This document shows, piece after piece, positions 60,340 through 64,000 of a DNA stretch of 64,000 nucleotides (its first letter is position 1; each line of letters starts with the position of its first letter). The stretch spans positions 20,669-84,668 of the forward strand of contig JBAYJR010000004.1 of NCBI GenBank assembly GCA_041665005.1. The letters run 5' to 3'. The translations under genes were made by a program, and so were the position numbers. The notes beneath the pieces are model-generated. The model saw nothing but the letters and a program-made list of their open reading frames with translations, was not told where the DNA came from and searched no databases. This DNA comes from Candidatus Buchananbacteria bacterium (GTDB lineage: Bacteria > Patescibacteriota > Patescibacteriia > 2-01-FULL-39-33 > JBAYJR01).

Positions 60340-60957
60340 TTAAAAATATTTTTTTAAAACATCGATCGCTCGGCGAAAAGCCTGACCACGATGATTAATA
60401 ACAATTAAATCTTTAGGATCAAGCTCGGCATTAGTTTTTTGGTAGTCAAAATCTTTAGCTAAAAAAATCGGAGCGTAGCCAAAGCTTTTATTACCCCGCG
60501 GAGTTAAGGCTATTTTACCTTCCCAAATTCCCGAAACTGTTTCCACAAATTTGCTTTGCGGATCATAAATGGCAACCGTACAATTATAATGGCAGTCACG
60601 CTGCTCAAATGGTATCTCTTTTAGCTCATTCAATAATTTTGTGTTGTTGGCTTGATCGGTTTTTTCTGGCGAATAACGGGCGGAAAAAACTCCCGGCTGA
60701 CCATCCAAAACATCAACGCACAAACCGCTGTCATCTACTAAGGTAACCAGACCGAGTAAATCACCGACGATAATTGCTTTAATCAAAGCATTCCCCTCAA
60801 AACTCTTAGCATTCTCTTTAATTTGTAAATCTTTTAATCGCTCAGAAAAATCAAACAAAAACTTAACAGTAAAATCCGTATCAGCAAAAATTTCTTGAAT
60901 TTCTCTAGCCTTGCCACGATTAGCAGTGGCAATTAATAATTCTTTATTTTTTATCAT
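60340..60957 (-). CDS. rdgB: Non-canonical purine NTP pyrophosphatase (HAM1 family)
   Basis: ATANRGK, NALIKA, DDSGL, PGVFSARY, FGYxPIF, NHRGQA. Confidence 0.9.
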   Translation of the reverse strand: MIKNKELLIATANRGKAREIQEIFADTDFTVKFLFDFSERLKDLQIKENAKSFEGNALIKAIIVGDLLGLVTLVDDSGLCVDVLDGQPGVFSARYSPEKTDQANNTKLLNELKEIPFEQRDCHYNCTVAIYDPQSKFVETVSGIWEGKIALTPRGNKSFGYAPIFLAKDFDYQKTNAELDPKDLIVINHRGQAFRRAIDVLKKYF

Positions 60958-61200
60958 AATATTTTATAACAATTCGGTTCGGACATTTCTGCTTTTTGCT
61001 ACCCCAAAACTCTTTCCATTAGTTAATGAATTGTGGAAATTATAATTTAGTAATCTGGCTTACTGCATCACGCCGAAGCCGAGCTACGGCGAAGCGAAGG
61101 CGGTGTAGTCGGGTTAAGTACCCGAGGTTACAAGTGTTATAAGGGTATTTTGACAGACTTTCAGAAATTTAATTGAGGTATGCGAGTCTCTATGTGTTGT

Positions 61201-61638
61201 TTAATTTTTTGGACGAGAACCTATTAAGTGAAATTTGAAACTGTCTATGTTATCACTATTGACCAACCCAATGTCTTTTCTAACTTCAATAACCAACTTG
61301 GTTAAAAGCTCATCGTGTCTACCAGGATTTTTTTGGTTATTAGAAAATTTAACATAATCATGAAATCCCAAAAGAGCTTTTATAACATCTTGAGAGGCAA
61401 TTAACGCTATGGAATTAAAGGCTTTTGAAAAACGTTGATTAGCATCTTCTTTGTCTGTGCCATCAATAGCTAAATCAGAAAGTGCGATAAATAGGTTTTC
61501 ATAATAAGATATCTTCCTCTTCCTCCATTCAGTTTTTATCTCATAACGTTTTGTTAAAAAGAAACCAAAAGCAGCAACTACTAAAGAGCCGAAAGTGCTG
61601 ATGATAACTACTACGATTTCTGTGCTTATTGTAGGCAT
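61201..61638 (-). CDS. Hypothetical protein with N-terminal TM helix
   Basis: Start at ATG 61638 (MPTISTEIVVV); the tracked upstream extension runs through tRNA-Ser. Confidence 0.75.
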   Translation of the reverse strand: MPTISTEIVVVIISTFGSLVVAAFGFFLTKRYEIKTEWRKRKISYYENLFIALSDLAIDGTDKEDANQRFSKAFNSIALIASQDVIKALLGFHDYVKFSNNQKNPGRHDELLTKLVIEVRKDIGLVNSDNIDSFKFHLIGSRPKN

Positions 61639-61664
61639 ATAGGTTGTACGATACTTAATTCTCT

Positions 61665-61753
61665 TGGCGGAGAGTGAGGGATTCGAACCCTCGAACCCTT
61701 GCGGGTTACACGCTTTCCAAGCGTGCGCACTAGACCAACTATGCGAACTCTCC
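61665..61753 (-). tRNA. tRNA-Ser(GGA)
   Basis: GGAGAGTTCGCATAGTTGGTCTAGTGCG...TTGGAAA...long variable arm...GGTTCGAATCCCTCACTCTCCGCCA. Confidence 0.96.
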
Positions 61754-61805
61754 AAACAAAACAATTTTAGCCAAAATATTACTCTTTGTCCAGTCTTTAG
61801 TTTGA

Positions 61806-62189
61806 TTATTTAAGAAAATCTATATAAATGGCGTAGGCCATAGCAATAAATGAAAAAAAGAAAATAGCAATATAATTCCAACGAGCCAAACTAGTACTTA
61901 AGCTCTTGATGATATAAACTAACGCCGCTTTGTCTTCGGGGTTAAATTCCTGCGTGGCCGTCACCTTTTTGGTTAATTCTAACTTTTTAATTAACTCTTC
62001 CCGCTGGGTTTCTACCAACCAACGATGACCAAAATACCAAATAAAACCTACCGTGCCAACATACCAAGCCACCTCCACCCAAAACTGACTATAGTGATTT
62101 AAAACTACCACCAATCGATAAGCAATGGTGGCAATTACTCCCACCACAAAAATCCAAAAGCGATAAACTGAGTTACTTAACCGTACCAT
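61806..62189 (-). CDS. Small membrane protein
   Basis: Three hydrophobic helices. Confidence 0.7.
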   Translation of the reverse strand: MVRLSNSVYRFWIFVVGVIATIAYRLVVVLNHYSQFWVEVAWYVGTVGFIWYFGHRWLVETQREELIKKLELTKKVTATQEFNPEDKAALVYIIKSLSTSLARWNYIAIFFFSFIAMAYAIYIDFLK

Positions 62190-62276
62190 ATACTTTAGTT
62201 ATTTTTAATTATTAACTTAATTATAGCATTTTTTAAAATTTTAAGCGGCTAGTCTAATTATCCTTAAAAAACTACT

Positions 62277-62308
62277 AAAAAGAGCGGCAAAACCTCGCCA
62301 CTCTTTTT
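62277..62308. terminator. Terminator downstream of the DsbA-family gene
   Basis: aaaaagagcggc...gccactcttttt imperfect hairpin flanked by A and T runs. Confidence 0.6.
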
Positions 62309-62321
62309 ATATTTATCCATC

Positions 62322-62391
62322 ACTTTATACTTTTAACTTTCTACTTTCTGCTTTCTACTTTTTACTTTCAACTTTCTACTTTCCGTTTTCT
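62322..62391. repeat. Heptamer tandem repeat, ~10 x ACTTTCT
   Basis: actttat actttta actttct actttct gctttct acttttt actttca actttct actttcc gttttct. Confidence 0.85.
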
Positions 62392-63139
62392 ATTTCAACG
62401 CCGCATCAATCGCGGTTTTAATCTGTTCAAATGGTACTGCCCCAGCAATTACTTGACCATTAATTACTACCGCCGGAGTTCCCTGAATCCCCGCCGCTAA
62501 GCCTTGCTGCTGATCCGCCTCCACCTTATCACCATATTTTTTAGCGGCATAGCATTCACTAAACTTATCCGTCGCTACCCCTAATTGTTTAGCTAGACTG
62601 GCATACAAGGTATCACTTAAAGCTGTTTGATTAGCAAATAACTTATCCACATACTGCCAATAAACTTCTGTCCCACTAATATTAGCGACGCATTCCGCCG
62701 CATTAGCTGCTGGCCGAGCGTTGGGATGAATTGAATCTAACGGAAAATTTTTAAAGACTACGCGAATTTTATTCCCATAAGTTGTTAAAGCTTGTTTAAC
62801 CGCGGGATGAAAACGGCCGCAATAAGGACATTGAAAATCTGAAAATACCACCATCGTAACCTTGGCATCAGGATTGCCAATAATATTATCGGCGCTGGTT
62901 ATTTTAATCTCCACCGGGCCAGTTACGGCCGCGGGTTGATTGACCGCCGCATTAACATTCGCCTTAACTACCGGTTTAGTGGTAGTACCGGTATTTTTGC
63001 CACCAACAAATAACACTAACAAAATGATAAAACCAACCGTGCTAATAACCGCTATACCGCCTAATAAACCCATAAAAAAACTAACTTGAGGCGTCGCCGT
63101 ACTTAAGCCACTATTGGCCTTTTTAAAAATGTTCCACAT
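62390..63139 (-). CDS. Membrane-anchored DsbA-family oxidoreductase
   Basis: N-terminal TM; FSDFQCPYC, KNFPL, GIQGTP. Confidence 0.9.
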   Translation of the reverse strand: MWNIFKKANSGLSTATPQVSFFMGLLGGIAVISTVGFIILLVLFVGGKNTGTTTKPVVKANVNAAVNQPAAVTGPVEIKITSADNIIGNPDAKVTMVVFSDFQCPYCGRFHPAVKQALTTYGNKIRVVFKNFPLDSIHPNARPAANAAECVANISGTEVYWQYVDKLFANQTALSDTLYASLAKQLGVATDKFSECYAAKKYGDKVEADQQQGLAAGIQGTPAVVINGQVIAGAVPFEQIKTAIDAALK

Positions 63140-63229
63140 AGAAAAATAAATTAATAATTAGTTAAATAATTATATCACAAAAATTATTGGCCAACAACTA
63201 GCCTAAAAATTTTGAGATTAAAAAGAAGT

Positions 63230-63955
63230 TTAAACAATTACCGCCCGGGCACCTAAAAGTATGCCCCGATTTCTGGCCACATAACTATTTATATAAGTTC
63301 CACCATTTATATTATTATAATAAATCCCTGGTACGACGCCACTCTTAAACTGAGAACCGTTACATAAAGTAATAGTATTAACATCTAAGTTCTGACCGGT
63401 TTCTTTTAAATACTTCAAACCATGAAGCAAGCGTTCTTCAAAAGTTTCCGTTGCTAACTTTTGATCTTTTATTTGTTCGCTAGATAAACCAGTTAATTCT
63501 TTATCGGGTTCTTGGCTATCACGCACCCAAATAGCATAAGCGGTTTTAGTGGTGCGATCAGAATAAATAGAATTAAACATAGCCGCCATATCAAATTCGC
63601 CATAAAGCTCTCCGCGATCAACACTTCTGGTTTTAGCCAAAAGCTGTTCAAAAGTAAGCCCTTGAGCCATAATCAGCAACCGATCAAAGCCCTCCTGTTT
63701 TTCAGGAATGGCCACATCAGAAAAGTCACACTCCAAATCCAAAACTTCTTGATAAAACTTTTCCCAGTCACCAAGGGGCAGACGTTCTCGAAGCTCTTTA
63801 AGGTTATGTTGTAATTTTAGTTTAAGTTCCCTAATAGAAACCAAATCCCCTGTCTTGCCTGTTTGAGGTAGACTAGATAATTCTAAATCAAACCCTGTTT
63901 TAAGCTGTTTGAGGGATTCTAACTTAGTAGTAAGAGTAGCACAATCTTTTTGCAT
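63230..63955 (-). CDS. Leader-family protein with a second type of C-type-lectin-like C-terminus
   Basis: MQKDCATLTTKLESLKQLKTGFDLELSSLPQTGK leader; C-term TLCNGS...GVVP...LGARAVIV. Confidence 0.75.
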   Translation of the reverse strand: MQKDCATLTTKLESLKQLKTGFDLELSSLPQTGKTGDLVSIRELKLKLQHNLKELRERLPLGDWEKFYQEVLDLECDFSDVAIPEKQEGFDRLLIMAQGLTFEQLLAKTRSVDRGELYGEFDMAAMFNSIYSDRTTKTAYAIWVRDSQEPDKELTGLSSEQIKDQKLATETFEERLLHGLKYLKETGQNLDVNTITLCNGSQFKSGVVPGIYYNNINGGTYINSYVARNRGILLGARAVIV

Positions 63956-63966
63956 AAAAATAAAAT

Positions 63967-64000
63967 TTAAAAAACACTCACCGCAGTACGAACTCCAAAA
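63967..64000 (-). CDS. 3' end of a further family member (partial)
   Basis: Reads ...FGVRTAVSVF*, matching the RFAVSIF/RFAVSIS termini; stop 11 nt before the next leader ATG. Confidence 0.65.
   Translation of the reverse strand, partial: FGVRTAVSVF

Noticed and set aside
61639-61764. N-terminal extension of ORF 61201..61764
   Set aside because: It is a read-through of the tRNA-Ser gene; ATG 61638 is the plausible start.
1490-63814. Numerous short antisense or overlapping ORFs in the track (e.g. 1613, 3271, 9978, 20528, 32723, 52453, 57873, 63512)
   Set aside because: They are shadow frames of well-supported genes with no recognisable motifs.
1-64000. Prophage, IS element, reverse transcriptase or alternative genetic code
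   Set aside because: No such ORFs were recognised, and TGA acts as a normal stop (e.g. 3673, 12921, 52642).

Overview
AT-rich bacterial chromosome segment. Gene content and style point to a Patescibacteria (CPR, probably Parcubacteria-like) genome using code 11; this is inferred, not searched. Core content: dcw genes (mraY, murD, ftsW, partial murG), a type IV pilus cluster without a secretin, rpmA/rplI, murA, metG, uvrBAC, a trxB-phosphatase-AMP phosphorylase-rpiB-rpe-transketolase run, HU, a lone leuA, dut, dnaG-rpoD, rdgB, a DsbA-family gene, tRNA-Asn and tRNA-Ser. The most striking system is a dispersed family in three tandem arrays (3.7-7.1 kb inside the dcw cluster, 51.5-53.8 kb, 63.2 kb to the window end). 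One conserved ~60-aa N-terminal leader (MPQLCPELTTKLxSLKxLKxxFDLEL...) is fused to interchangeable variable binding scaffolds: C-type-lectin-like domains whose 3' ends carry a diversity-generating-retroelement (DGR)-like codon signature, an alpha-helical repeat solenoid and a 7-blade WD40 propeller. No reverse transcriptase or template repeat was seen in the window. Also found: a Leu-rich leader-peptide attenuator before leuA, a possible RuBisCO-independent AMP salvage operon, a 30-bp double-hairpin mini-element inserted in a duplicated tRNA fragment, a ~280-bp structured repeat, and an unannotated 34-aa membrane peptide. All alignments and counts were done by eye.
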